Under the pieces are notes generated by a model. That model worked only from the letters and a program-made list of their open reading frames with translations, did no database searches and had not been told where the DNA came from. Shown piece after piece: positions 18,815 to 28,837 of a stretch of 64,000 nucleotides of DNA; the stretch's first letter is position 1, and every line of letters begins with the position of its first letter. A program made the position numbers and the translations under genes. The DNA comes from an uncultured Gemmatimonadales bacterium (lineage in GTDB: Bacteria > Gemmatimonadota > Gemmatimonadetes > Longimicrobiales > RSA9): positions 1,664,001 through 1,728,000 of the forward strand of contig OY970192.1 in assembly GCA_963708135.1 (NCBI GenBank). Direction: 5' to 3'.

Positions 18815-19250
18815 TCAGGGCTGGACGATGACGGTGCCGAGCATGCCGAGGGTCTCGTGCGGCTTGCAGAAGTAGTGGTACTCGCCGGCCGTGGCGAAGG
18901 TGTGGGTGAAGGTGCCGCCGGCGGTGACGTCGCCGGAGTCGAAGGCCTGGGCGCCGGCCGGCAGCACGGCGTCCGCGGCGTTGGCGGCTTTGGTGGCGTC
19001 GTCGGTGGCGGTGTGAACGAAGCTGGCGTCGTTGTGCCAGCGCACGGCCTGGCCGACGTGGATGGTCACGGTGGCGGGGCTGAAGTGGAGCTGCGACGTC
19101 ATCTCGACGGTGGCGGCCACATCGCCGCCGTTGTCGGTGGGGTTGGGCGCATCTCGAGGTGCAGGACAGCAGCGCGGCGGAGAGCGCGAGCATGGCCGCG
19201 GCGCCCGCGCGTCGAGCGGCGCGGACGGGGCGGTCGGTCGGAGTCTTCAT
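18815..19250 (-). pseudogene. Plastocyanin/azurin-family cupredoxin lipoprotein, frameshifted near 19153 (or sequence error)
   Basis: Type 1 Cu ligands VHT...YFCKPHETLGM lie in one frame and the signal MKT...ALLSC in another; the 436-nt span is not a multiple of 3. Confidence 0.75.
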
Positions 19251-19279
19251 GGGGATCCTGCCTTTCGTGTCGGGCACGT

Positions 19280-20434
19280 TCAGCGCTCGACGATTACGCC
19301 GGCGACCATGCCCGCGAGCTCGTGGGGGATGCAGAAGTAGCGGTACTCGCCGGGGACGGTGAAGGTGTGGGCGAAGCTCTGGCCGGGCTTGAGGTCCCCG
19401 GAGTTGAACGGCTCGGCGCCATCGGGCAGCGCCGCGTCCGCCTTCTTCTGGGCGAGCTTCGGGTCGAGGGTCACGGTGTGGACGAGGTCGGACTTGTTGG
19501 TCCAGCGGACGGTCTGTCCGACCTTGATGTGGACGGCGCCGGGCGAGAAGCGGAGCTTGTTGCTCATGGTGACCTCGGCGGCGGCATCGCTCGCGGCCGT
19601 CGCGGAGGCAGCGCCGCGCGCGGGTCCGCTGCCGGTGAAGCGGGAGAGCGCGAGCGGGATGGTGAACTCGAAGCCCCAGCGGTGGCGGCCGCCGAGGCCG
19701 ACCGAGGCGCCCTCGAGGGTCTCCGTATTCGTGTTGGAGACCTGGAGCGAGAGCGAATGGGGGGTGTAGGGGATCTCGAGCTGGAGCCCGAGGCCCCACG
19801 CCACGTCCTCGTCCGCGGAGCGGTCCACGAGGGTGGCGGCATCGCCGGCGAGGGCGATGAAGCGCTGCAGGCGGAGGGTGGCGCCGCCGGCCACGGCCCA
19901 GCGCGTCTCCCCGGTGCGGCGGAAGGACGAGAAGCCGCGGCCGGCGGCAAGGAGACGGAGCGGCCCGAGGGTGCGGGCGAGCGCGAGCTCGCCGTCCCAG
20001 CTGCGGGCGGGCTGGTTGTAGGCACCGGTGAGCGCCACGTCGAGCGGCGCGCCACGGTCCTGCCCGATCGGAAGCGCGCGGGCGAAGAGCTCCCACTCGT
20101 TCGGGAACCCGGTCACGAGGACGGAGTTGGTGGCGTAGTGCGCGCCCACGAGGACGTTGCCGGGCAGGCCGGCGCCGAGCAGGAACGTCGGATAGTTGAT
20201 GATCTTGCGCGCGGGGGCCGGCGTCACCTCGAAGCGGTGCAGGAAGTTGAAGTACAGGGTGGCGGGCGAGCCGACCCACGTGCCGCCCATGTCCGGCGGG
20301 CGCTCCAGCACGGACTGCGCGCGGGCGGCCAGCGGCCGCGCCGAGACGGGGATCAAGGCCAGGAGCGCGAAAAGACGGACGGCGCGGCCGATCCGGCCGC
20401 GCTGCGGAAAGCCTGCGATAGAGGACTCCGGCAT
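19280..20434 (-). CDS. Outer-membrane beta-barrel (DUF5777-like) fused to a C-terminal cupredoxin
   Basis: Signal peptide ending ARAQ, FNFLHRF motif, alternating beta-strand pattern, HSLSLQVSN; C-terminal VHT...YFCIPHELAGM. Confidence 0.75.
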   Translation of the reverse strand: MPESSIAGFPQRGRIGRAVRLFALLALIPVSARPLAARAQSVLERPPDMGGTWVGSPATLYFNFLHRFEVTPAPARKIINYPTFLLGAGLPGNVLVGAHYATNSVLVTGFPNEWELFARALPIGQDRGAPLDVALTGAYNQPARSWDGELALARTLGPLRLLAAGRGFSSFRRTGETRWAVAGGATLRLQRFIALAGDAATLVDRSADEDVAWGLGLQLEIPYTPHSLSLQVSNTNTETLEGASVGLGGRHRWGFEFTIPLALSRFTGSGPARGAASATAASDAAAEVTMSNKLRFSPGAVHIKVGQTVRWTNKSDLVHTVTLDPKLAQKKADAALPDGAEPFNSGDLKPGQSFAHTFTVPGEYRYFCIPHELAGMVAGVIVER

Positions 20435-20585
20435 GGCTGCCTCCGTTCGGGAACCGGACATCGCTTCGGGGCTGCCAATCCGGTCACGGCGCCGATCGGT
20501 TCCTGTCCGGGCGCGGGAGGGGGCGCGGCCGGGCAGCCGCGGGAATGCGGGAACTCCGCCGACGCCTGGCCGCGTTGGCGCGCTG

Positions 20586-21569
20586 ATGCCATCGATGATC
20601 GAGGACGCACGCGCGCCGGGTTTGCCGGTCCATCGCTTCCCGTCGCTGTACGCGCTGTGGCGGAGGGCGCGTCTGAGCGCGCCGGGGCGGGCGTTTGCGC
20701 GGGCACGCGCGGGCCGCGTGACGCGGCGTCGCCTCGAGCGGCACGCGGCGCGGGCGGAGGTGGAGGCGGATCCGTCGTACGCCGGGGAGTGGCCGCATCT
20801 CGCGGCGCTGCTCGCGCGCCTCCGCCCGCGTGAGCGGTTCGTGGTGGATCTGGCGGCGGGGGACGGCGTCACGTCGTCGTGCACGCTGCCGCTCTTCCGG
20901 GACCACGGCTGGGCGGGGCTCGCGGTGGAATGCGACGCCGCCCGTTTCCGCCTCCTCGCCCACGCATACCGCCGCTTTGCGGACGTCCGCCTCTCCGACC
21001 ACCGGGTTACGCCCGCGGACGCCGCGGCTGTGCTCGCGCGTGCCGGGACGCCGCGCGAGCTCGGCGTGCTGAACCTCGACCTGGACTCCTTCGACCTCGT
21101 GGTGGCCGAAGCGCTCCTGGCGGAGTTCCGCCCGATCGTGGTGGACATGGAGGTGAACGAGAAGGTGCCGCCGCCAATCCGGTTTGCGGTACGCTACACG
21201 CCGGACTTCCGCTGGGATGAGGGGCACTGCTACGGCTGCTCGATCTGCGCGGCGGCCAATGTGCTCGGCCGCGCCGGCTATATCCTCGAGGCGCTCGTCC
21301 ACAACAACGCGTTCTTCGTGCGCGCGGACGCCGCGGCGGCCGTTCGCATCACGCCGCTCGCCCCCGCGCTCGCCTACCGGACGGGCTATCTCGAGCGTCC
21401 GGACCGGCGCCAGCTCTTCCCGTGGAACGTCGACGTCGACGAGCTTCCGGCCATGCCACCGGCCGACGGGGTGGACGCCCTGCGCCGCCGGTTCGGACGG
21501 GTGCGCGCGGATTTCGCGCTGCAGCTCGAGCCGCTCGCGCCGGGATGGGCGGAGGCGGCCGGGCGATGA
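20586..21569 (+). CDS. FkbM-like SAM-dependent methyltransferase fold protein
   Basis: VVDLAAGDG, GWAGLAVE, VLNLDLDSFD, FRPIVVDMEVN, YGCS..A, NAFFVR. Start uncertain. Confidence 0.65.
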   Translation: MPSMIEDARAPGLPVHRFPSLYALWRRARLSAPGRAFARARAGRVTRRRLERHAARAEVEADPSYAGEWPHLAALLARLRPRERFVVDLAAGDGVTSSCTLPLFRDHGWAGLAVECDAARFRLLAHAYRRFADVRLSDHRVTPADAAAVLARAGTPRELGVLNLDLDSFDLVVAEALLAEFRPIVVDMEVNEKVPPPIRFAVRYTPDFRWDEGHCYGCSICAAANVLGRAGYILEALVHNNAFFVRADAAAAVRITPLAPALAYRTGYLERPDRRQLFPWNVDVDELPAMPPADGVDALRRRFGRVRADFALQLEPLAPGWAEAAGR

Positions 21570-22894
21570 GCGCCGGTCTGCCCCGGGGGGCATTCGATCT
21601 GGCGCCGTCGCGCGTGCGCGCCCGGTTTGCGGTGGCCCGGCGCGCCGGCACGCCGGCGTGGCTCTGGCCCGGCGTGCCCCCTGAGGCGTGGCGGGTGGCG
21701 CTAGAGGCGATCGGGGCGGCCACCTCCCGGGTCCTGGCGGGGGTCCCGGCCAGGCTGAAGGTCCCGTCCGGCGCCGTGGGTGCGCTCTCCGTTGCCGCGT
21801 ACACGTCCGGTATGGGACCCATGCTCGGGTACTGGATCGAGGGCGGGCGGCTGGACGCGGAGCGCGTGCCGGCGGCGGTGCTGCGGCTGCACCTGCGGCA
21901 CGGCCGGGAGCGGGCGGCGCGGCTCACGGCCGAGACGGCGCGCCTGGTCTCCCGGCTGGCCGAGGCGGGCGTCCAGGCGACGGTGCTGAAGGGGATGCAC
22001 ACGGCGCACGCCTACCTCCCGGAGCCCGGCACCCGCCCGCTTTCGGACGTGGACCTCTGGATCGCGGCGGACGAGCGGCGGACAGCCGAACGTGTGCTGG
22101 TTGACGCCGGTTACCTCGCCGGGCCGGTGCAGCGGCGGCCGCACAAGCGCGAGTGGCGGCCGCGGATGGGCCCGGCGCTCCCGCGCTCGCTCCTGCTGGC
22201 CCACGCCGGCGATCCGTTCGCCGTGGACCTTCACCTCTCGCTCGACCGCAACTTCTTCGGTGTCGGCACCGTGGCGCTGGACAGGGTCGCCCAACCCATG
22301 GAACCGTGGCGGCCGGCGCTCATCCGGGCCGACGCCAGCGCCGGGATTCCGGTTGACGGCGGTGCGGAATCCGGCCGGCCCGCGGTGGCCGCCGCCGGCC
22401 GGGTGCTCGGGCAGCCCGCCCTCACCCTGCTCCTGGCCGCGCACGCCTCGGAGGGGCTGCACAACCTCACGCTGCTGCGCCTGCTCGAGCTGGCAATGGT
22501 GATCCGGCGGGACCGGGAGACGCGCCTCCTCGTGTGGGAAGAGCTGCTCGAGGCGGCGGACGAGACCGGAGCCCGCCGTTTCGCCTATCCCGCGCTACGG
22601 CTGTGCGAGGTGCTCGCGCCCGGCACGCTGCCGGCGCGGGTGCTCGCGCGCTTCGAGGCCGCGGCGCCACCGGGCCTCTTGCGGGTGGTGGCGGGGCTCA
22701 CGCCGGCCACGGCGCAGCGGCTGGATGGCCTCAGCCTGGGCACCCGCTTCATGTGGGCGGGCACCGGCGCAGAGCGGCTCCGGCGGGCGCTGCACGCGCT
22801 CTGGCCGGCGCCCGCCGGCTACTCGCTCGGGCGGCTGCGCGAGATCTACGCAGGCCGCGCCTGGCGCGTGCTCCGCCGCGCGGGCGAGCGCTGA
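21566..22894 (+). CDS. Nucleotidyltransferase family protein (NTP_transf_5-like)
   Basis: VLKG...Y..PGTRPLSDVDLW, VDLH; ATGA overlap with the upstream gene. Confidence 0.82.
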   Translation: MSAGLPRGAFDLAPSRVRARFAVARRAGTPAWLWPGVPPEAWRVALEAIGAATSRVLAGVPARLKVPSGAVGALSVAAYTSGMGPMLGYWIEGGRLDAERVPAAVLRLHLRHGRERAARLTAETARLVSRLAEAGVQATVLKGMHTAHAYLPEPGTRPLSDVDLWIAADERRTAERVLVDAGYLAGPVQRRPHKREWRPRMGPALPRSLLLAHAGDPFAVDLHLSLDRNFFGVGTVALDRVAQPMEPWRPALIRADASAGIPVDGGAESGRPAVAAAGRVLGQPALTLLLAAHASEGLHNLTLLRLLELAMVIRRDRETRLLVWEELLEAADETGARRFAYPALRLCEVLAPGTLPARVLARFEAAAPPGLLRVVAGLTPATAQRLDGLSLGTRFMWAGTGAERLRRALHALWPAPAGYSLGRLREIYAGRAWRVLRRAGER

Positions 22895-22925
22895 GGCGTG
22901 ACGAGCGCAGCGCCGTGTCGTGGCC

Positions 22926-23708
22926 TCAGTTCGCCTGCAGCGCCTTCAGCTTGTCGGCCGCGTTCTTGTTCTGCGGGTTCAGTTCGAGTGAGCGCCGGTA
23001 GGCGCGGATCGCCTCGTCCTTGCGTCCGGCCGCCGCGTAGGCTTCGCCGAGACTGTCGTATACGTTCGAGGACTCGGAGTGCAGCCGTGCGTTCAGCTGG
23101 AAGAGCGCGATCGCGTTCTCCGCACTCTTTGGAAGAATCTCGTAGCCGAAGCGGTTGAGGCCGTTCTCCGGCAGCAGCAGGTTCTTGGGCGTCGCTTTCT
23201 CTTCCTTTTCGAACAGGCTCGTGGCCTCCTTGATCTGCCCGGCGCGGGCAAGTCTGAGGAACTCCTGCTGCGCCGCGACGCGCGGATTCGTCCCGGCGTG
23301 GCTGATCGTCCAGACGTAGGCGGCCACCGCCTTCTGCTGCTCACGCGTCAAGGGCATCCCGCCGCTCGGATGCATCTCGAAGCGGCGCGGGGTGACCGCC
23401 TTGAAGTCCTCCTTCCGGACGCCCCAGAAGATCGTCGAGAAGATGCCGTCGTAGTCACCCTTGCTATGCAGCCACTCGACATCGGCGAGGTTCGGAGCGT
23501 ACCGTCCGCTGCCGACGCCGCCGATCGCGTGGCAGACGACGCAGCTACCGTTATTGAAGATCTCGCTCCCCGCCAGCACGCGCTCGGGGGTCACGCTGTC
23601 GGGCACCGCGACTGGCGCGGCCGAGGTTTGTTGTGCGGCCGCATCCGGCGGGGCCACGGCCTGGCAGGCGAGCAGCAGCAAACCAGGAATCACGATCGCT
23701 GTCTTCAC
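22926..23708 (-). CDS. c-type cytochrome with C-terminal TPR
   Basis: Signal peptide, CVVCH, APNLAD.EWLH, MHPSGG; TPR SNVYDSLGEAY..AIRAYRRSLELNP. Confidence 0.85.
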   Translation of the reverse strand: MKTAIVIPGLLLLACQAVAPPDAAAQQTSAAPVAVPDSVTPERVLAGSEIFNNGSCVVCHAIGGVGSGRYAPNLADVEWLHSKGDYDGIFSTIFWGVRKEDFKAVTPRRFEMHPSGGMPLTREQQKAVAAYVWTISHAGTNPRVAAQQEFLRLARAGQIKEATSLFEKEEKATPKNLLLPENGLNRFGYEILPKSAENAIALFQLNARLHSESSNVYDSLGEAYAAAGRKDEAIRAYRRSLELNPQNKNAADKLKALQAN

Positions 23709-23829
23709 GGCGCATCCTCCTCTTTAACAGTGTGGGTACATCGGATCGCGCGGTCCGGCCGTGGAACACGGCGCGTGACCGCGCGATCCGTGGAGCCGCG
23801 CGAACGACCGCTCGGGCGACTATTGAGAT

Positions 23830-24933
23830 CTACGCGGGCCGCGCCTGACGCGCGCTCCGTCGCGCCGGGGACCGGCGAGGCTGGGCGAGTCCACCCCGCG
23901 GCGGGCCGGCATCGGTCCAGCGCAGGACGCCGCCCTCGGCGCGCACTCGGCCAGCCTCGGCGTGGTCGCCGAGGGCCGGGACGAGCCGGAGGTCCAGCAC
24001 GCGGATCACGCCTGCCGCCACCACGAGCGCCACGTCCTCGGCCTCGGCCTCGAGAACGGGCCGGCGGAACACGGCCAGGTCCGCGCGCGCGCCGACCTCG
24101 AGCGAGGGTGGCGGCAGGCCGAGCCGGCGCGCGGCGGCGTCGCCCACGGCGTCGAGCAGCCGGGCGTCCGTGAGCGGGCCGAGACGGCGCGCGTGGCGCA
24201 GCTCGTCGAGCAGCGAGCCGGCGGCGGTGAGGCGCGAGTCGCTGCCGAGGAGCACGTCCACGCCGGAATCGAGCAGGGCCGCGGGCGCGGTCCGGCCGAG
24301 CAGGAAGAGGTTCGAGGTCGGGCACCAGACCACGGCTGCGCCCGCTTCGACCAGGCGCCGGGTGCCGTCCCCGTCCACGCCCACGGCGTGCACGGCCAGC
24401 AGGTCGGGCGTGAGCAGGTCGAGGCGGGCGAGCTCTCTCACTTCGTCGGCCGCGGCCTCGTTGGTGCCCTCCGCAAGGTGGATCGCGAGCGGCCCGCTCC
24501 CCGCCGCCGCCGCGCGCAGGTCCGGCTCGAATCCGAGGGAGTGGACGGAGCGGATGCGGGCCACGCGCAACGGCAGGCCGGCCTCGAGGTCCGGCTCCCA
24601 GCGGTCGTGGTGCACCACCGTCGTCACGCCCGCGAACAGGTTCTTCCAGGCGCCGCGCAGCAGTGCCTCCCGGCGAGGCACGCCGCGGCCGCGCGCAATG
24701 GCGTCCGCGCAGCGCGCATGGATGTCCCGCCCCCACGCGTAGGCATCCGGGTAGGGCGGCGCGCCGAGCCGGCCGTAGTGGTTGCGGTGCAGGTGGTCGT
24801 GCGCGTTGACCAGCCCGGGCCGCAGCTCGCCGCCCGGGATGCGGAGCACGACCTCGAAGCGCCCCTCCGGCGCGACGATGCGGCCGTCCTCCACGCCGAC
24901 CGCCGCGTTCGCCGCCTCCACGAGGAACCTCAT
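23830..24933 (-). CDS. Metal-dependent amidohydrolase (deaminase-type)
   Basis: PGLVNAHDHL, GVTTV, IHLAEGT, VHAVG, WCPTSN, LGSDS; ATGA coupling. Confidence 0.85.
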   Translation of the reverse strand: MRFLVEAANAAVGVEDGRIVAPEGRFEVVLRIPGGELRPGLVNAHDHLHRNHYGRLGAPPYPDAYAWGRDIHARCADAIARGRGVPRREALLRGAWKNLFAGVTTVVHHDRWEPDLEAGLPLRVARIRSVHSLGFEPDLRAAAAGSGPLAIHLAEGTNEAAADEVRELARLDLLTPDLLAVHAVGVDGDGTRRLVEAGAAVVWCPTSNLFLLGRTAPAALLDSGVDVLLGSDSRLTAAGSLLDELRHARRLGPLTDARLLDAVGDAAARRLGLPPPSLEVGARADLAVFRRPVLEAEAEDVALVVAAGVIRVLDLRLVPALGDHAEAGRVRAEGGVLRWTDAGPPRGGLAQPRRSPARRSARQARPA

Positions 24934-25631
24934 GGCGGCCCCCGCCGGCGAAGCAGGAGGGCGAGCACCAGCGGCAGCCCGAGCTGCTGCGCGTACCGAT
25001 CGAGGCGGCCGGCCCGGGCGTAGAAGCCGCGCACCTCCGGACCGACGCGTCCCTCGACCGTGTCGAGCGGCTCGAGCCCCGCGCGCTCCGCGGCGGCGGC
25101 GTGCGCAGCCGCCGCGTGGACGTGGTGCTCGATCTCGACCAGCGCGCCGGCCTGGTCGCGGAAGGTGCGCCGGTGGCCGGCGGCCGCGGCGGCGGGATGG
25201 AAGTCGCTGACGAGCACCGCCCCGCCGGGGCCGCACACGCGGCCGAGCTCCGCGTAGGCGGTGGCCAGATCCGGCAGGTGGCCGAGCACGAGCCGGCACC
25301 AGACCAGGTCGAACGTGCCGTCCCGGAACGGGAGCCGCCGCACGTCCGCGGCCGCGAGCCGGCGCCCGCCCCGCCCCGTCGCGAGCATCTCCGGCGTGAG
25401 GTCGATGCCAACCGAGAGCGCGGCGCCGGAGCGCGGCAGCCGCCGTCCCGTGCCGCACCCGGCGTCGAGCAGCCGCCGCCCCTCCACCGCCGGCGAGAGG
25501 CGCCGCGCCACGCTCTCCTCGAGCCGGCTCACCGCCGTCTCCCGCGCGTAGCCGGGTGCCCACCGCCGGTACGCCTCGCGGGGGGCGAGGGGCGCGGCCG
25601 CCGCCGGGCCGGAAGCCGTCGGGGCGCTCAC
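24930..25631 (-). CDS. Class I SAM-dependent methyltransferase (BioC-like)
   Basis: AYRRWAPGY, LLDAGCGTGR, LPF..GTFDLV, VSDFHP. Confidence 0.88.
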   Translation of the reverse strand: MSAPTASGPAAAAPLAPREAYRRWAPGYARETAVSRLEESVARRLSPAVEGRRLLDAGCGTGRRLPRSGAALSVGIDLTPEMLATGRGGRRLAAADVRRLPFRDGTFDLVWCRLVLGHLPDLATAYAELGRVCGPGGAVLVSDFHPAAAAAGHRRTFRDQAGALVEIEHHVHAAAAHAAAAERAGLEPLDTVEGRVGPEVRGFYARAGRLDRYAQQLGLPLVLALLLRRRGPP

Positions 25632-25689
25632 GCGCGACTCCGCCGTACGCCGCCGCCCCTGCCGGGCCCGACCCGCGGGGGTGCGCTCA

Positions 25690-27204
25690 TCACGGCGTCA
25701 CTGCCGCCGGCGGCCGCAGGTGACCGTACTGCTGGCGGTCCTCGGGCGGGATGGCGGCCCACCTGCGCACGGCGCGCAGCAGCCGCGGGTCCTCGAACTC
25801 GCCGCGCTCCCAGCGCCTGCGGGCGAGCACGCGAGCCAGAACGCGGCCCCAGCGGCGGACGCGCCGCTCGTGGACCGAGGGGAAGCGGCTGCGCAGCACG
25901 AGCTCGAAGTTGGCCACGCGGGCCTTGAGCCGCCGGTCGAGCCACGGCACCTCCGGATCCTCGTGGGTCATCCACGACACCCAGCGCGGCTCGATCCACT
26001 CCTCCAGCGTGTCGGGCGTGCCGGCGAGCGGGTCCACGTCGCCGTAGGTGCCGCGGCGCTGCGGCGTGGGCGTGTAGAAGTAGCGGATCAGCTCCATGTC
26101 CGGGTTCACCGCCTTCAGCCGGCGGATGAAGGCGAGCGTGTTCTCGATCTCGCGCTCCGGCTCGTCGGGGTCGCCGAAGACGAACGAGAATTCCGGCGTG
26201 ATGCCGTGCTCGCGCGTGCGGGCCGCCACCTCCAGAACCTGGGCGGTGGTGAGCTTCTTGTTCATCCGCCGGAGCACCTCGTCGGAGCCGGACTCCGCGC
26301 CGAAGAAGACCATGGAGAGCCCGGCGCGGCGGAGCAGCCGCAGCGTGTCATCCGAGAAGCGGAGCAGCGCGTCCACGCGCGACTCGCACCACCAGCGCAG
26401 CCCGAGCGGCGCGAGGCGCTCCGCCAGCTCGCGGGCGTGCGCCTCGGTCAGGAAGAAGTTGTTGTCGTAGAAGTGGACGGAGTCCATCCCGTGCGTCCGG
26501 GCCAGCCACGCCAGGTGCGCCGCCGTGCGCGCGGGCGCCTGCTGCTTCTCGCGGCTGCCGAACACGGACACCACGCCGCAGAAGCTGCAGGCGTACGGGC
26601 AGCCGATGGAGGCCTGGTAGACCCCCGAACGGCGGCCCAGGTGCGTCGGGTGAAGGTAGTCCGCCACGGGGATCCGGTCATACGGCGGGTCCGGCAGCGC
26701 GTCCGGCCCGATCCACGGCCGCTCCGGCCCGATCCGGTGCGTGCCGTCCGACTCCCGGAACGCCAGTCCCGCCACGGTGCGCGGGTCGCGCTGGCCATCC
26801 ACGACCTCCAGCAGCTCCACGAAGGTGCGCTCCCCCTGCCCCCGCACCGCGTAGTCGATGTAGGGTGCGTTCAGCACCGGGTGCGGGTAGAGCCCCGCGA
26901 AGTTGCCGCCCCACACGATCGGCAGGCGTGGATATCTCGCCTTGAGGCCGCGCGCGAGCGGCACCGCGGACACCAGCTGCGGACCCGGCATGACCGTGAA
27001 GGCGACGGCCTTCACCGGATCCGGCCCGCCCGCCGCCGCGTCGATGCGCGCCGCGAGCTCGCCCGCCACGTCCACGCCGGGGCGGTTGCCGTCCACGATG
27101 TCCCAGGATGTTCCCTCCGGAAGCGCCGCTCCCACGGCCATCACCGAGAGCGGAAAGCGACGGTTCGGCGGCCGCGTGGCCCGGGGATTCACGAGCAGGA
27201 TCAT
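25690..27204 (-). CDS. B12-binding domain radical SAM protein
   Basis: N-terminal Rossmann B12 domain (PIVWGG, VRGQGE), CPYACSFC, FYDNNF, GAESGS. Confidence 0.93.
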   Translation of the reverse strand: MILLVNPRATRPPNRRFPLSVMAVGAALPEGTSWDIVDGNRPGVDVAGELAARIDAAAGGPDPVKAVAFTVMPGPQLVSAVPLARGLKARYPRLPIVWGGNFAGLYPHPVLNAPYIDYAVRGQGERTFVELLEVVDGQRDPRTVAGLAFRESDGTHRIGPERPWIGPDALPDPPYDRIPVADYLHPTHLGRRSGVYQASIGCPYACSFCGVVSVFGSREKQQAPARTAAHLAWLARTHGMDSVHFYDNNFFLTEAHARELAERLAPLGLRWWCESRVDALLRFSDDTLRLLRRAGLSMVFFGAESGSDEVLRRMNKKLTTAQVLEVAARTREHGITPEFSFVFGDPDEPEREIENTLAFIRRLKAVNPDMELIRYFYTPTPQRRGTYGDVDPLAGTPDTLEEWIEPRWVSWMTHEDPEVPWLDRRLKARVANFELVLRSRFPSVHERRVRRWGRVLARVLARRRWERGEFEDPRLLRAVRRWAAIPPEDRQQYGHLRPPAAVTP

Positions 27205-28013
27205 GGAACCGTCGCCTCCCAGAGGTCGAAGCGGGACGGGGCGCGCCGCCGCCGGAGCCGCGCCACCAGCGGCCGCGCCTCGTACCAGAGTGGATAGCGG
27301 ACGCGGCGGCGGCGCCAGCGGAGCCCGAGCGGGGCCGAGGCCTGCTCCAGGGTTCGGGCCGTCAGGAACTCGATGAACGGCAGGGTGAGGAGCGCCCCGG
27401 CCCGCGCCCCGAACCGGCCCGCGGCGTCCGCCCGCTTCTCCGCCACCATGCGCCGACCCGCTTCCTCATCGCGGTAGAACGGCGAGTCCAGGATCACGAC
27501 ACGCCCGCCCGGGCGCACCGCGCGCACCGCCTCGGCGAGGGCGCGCGGCAGGTCCAGCGCGTAGTGCAGCGACGCGTTGAAGACCGCCAGGTCGAAGCTC
27601 CACGGCCGCAGCGGCAGCGCCTCGAACGAGGCGACGATGGGGCGGACGCCTCCCCGCGCGCTCCCGGTGCGCGGCGCGGCGCCGAGCCCGTCCACGGCAT
27701 CGTCGCGCAGGTCGAGCGGCACGGCGTCGTGGCCGTCCAGCGCGGCGCGGCGGGCGAGCCAGCCGTTGCCGGCGCCCAGGTCGAGCAGCCGGAGCGGCGT
27801 TCCGCTCTCGCGTGCGAGCGGCCGGAGCACGTGCCGCAGGAACGCCTCGTAGCTTCGCGCACGCACCCGCCACTGCCGCGCCAGCGGACCACGCCGGAGG
27901 TAGGGCAGCACGTCCGCCTCGTGCCGCCCGCGCCCCCGCCCCTCCGCGGCGCGCTGCTCCGCATAAGCGCTCCGGAAGCCGGCCGGCGGCGATATCGGCG
28001 CGCGCGTGCTCAC
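27201..28013 (-). CDS. Class I SAM-dependent methyltransferase
   Basis: LLDLGAGNGWL, FDLAVFNASLHY, RPGGRVVILDSP; GTGA overlap. Confidence 0.87.
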   Translation of the reverse strand: MSTRAPISPPAGFRSAYAEQRAAEGRGRGRHEADVLPYLRRGPLARQWRVRARSYEAFLRHVLRPLARESGTPLRLLDLGAGNGWLARRAALDGHDAVPLDLRDDAVDGLGAAPRTGSARGGVRPIVASFEALPLRPWSFDLAVFNASLHYALDLPRALAEAVRAVRPGGRVVILDSPFYRDEEAGRRMVAEKRADAAGRFGARAGALLTLPFIEFLTARTLEQASAPLGLRWRRRRVRYPLWYEARPLVARLRRRRAPSRFDLWEATVP

Positions 28014-28837
28014 GGCGCCGCCTCCGTGGTGCGCGCAAGGTGGAAGAGCACGTGGTCGCCCAGGAGCGCCAGCGGCCGCGAGGCGACGCGGTCCAGCCGC
28101 TCGAGCGCGCCGAGCAGCCGCGGGTGGCGCGAGATCCACGGCTCGGCGGCGCTCGGGGGCACGAAGATGCCGATCCCCCGCACCGCGCGGAGCCGGAACC
28201 AGGGCTGGAACGCGCGCGCGACGGCCGCGGGCCGGTGGTACCGGACCGCGAAGTCGCGGCCGCCGAGCCGGGCCACCACGCTCCCCCGCCGCAGCCGGCG
28301 GACGGCCGCGGCCGGGCGGCGCCGCACGAGCTCGACGAGCGCCTCGCCGGGCGGGAACGTCCCGAACAGCACGAGCAGCGCGGGCGCCCCCGGCCGGAGC
28401 AGTCGGGCCAGCCCGCGCGCGACCGGGGCGAGGTCGGCAACGCAGTTGAGCGCGGCGAAGTTGGAGAACGCGCCGTCGAAGAGCGGCGCGCCTGCGCGGC
28501 GCGCGGCGAGTCCGTCCAGCGCCTCCGCGGCCGCGACCTGCGCCCCGCACCCCGCCATGCCTCCGAGCTTCCGCGCCGCGGTCTCCACCATGCGCGGGGC
28601 GGGATCCGTGACGAGCACGCGGCGACCCCGTTTCGCCAGCCAGAGCGCGTCCTCGCCGGTGCCGCCGCCCAGCTCGAGCAGGAGGGCGCCGGCGGGGAAC
28701 GCGGCCTCGAGGCGGCCGCGCACGGCGCGGCGTTGCGCGGCCACGCTGCGCCAGCCGCCGTAGCGCGCGTCGAACGCGTCCGCGATGGCGTCGAAGGCGC
28801 GGGCGGGCGGAGGCAGGATCGTCGCCTGAAGGCTCAT
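28010..28837 (-). CDS. Class I SAM-dependent methyltransferase
   Basis: AFDAIA, LLELGGGTGEDA, FDGAFSNFAALNC, LRPGA; ATGA overlap. Confidence 0.87.
   Translation of the reverse strand: MSLQATILPPPARAFDAIADAFDARYGGWRSVAAQRRAVRGRLEAAFPAGALLLELGGGTGEDALWLAKRGRRVLVTDPAPRMVETAARKLGGMAGCGAQVAAAEALDGLAARRAGAPLFDGAFSNFAALNCVADLAPVARGLARLLRPGAPALLVLFGTFPPGEALVELVRRRPAAAVRRLRRGSVVARLGGRDFAVRYHRPAAVARAFQPWFRLRAVRGIGIFVPPSAAEPWISRHPRLLGALERLDRVASRPLALLGDHVLFHLARTTEAAP

Noticed and set aside
25628..25690. Possible RiPP precursor in gaps of the radical-SAM operon (also 30235-30389)
   Set aside because: No short ORF with an RBS and leader/core features was seen, and no RRE is in the window.
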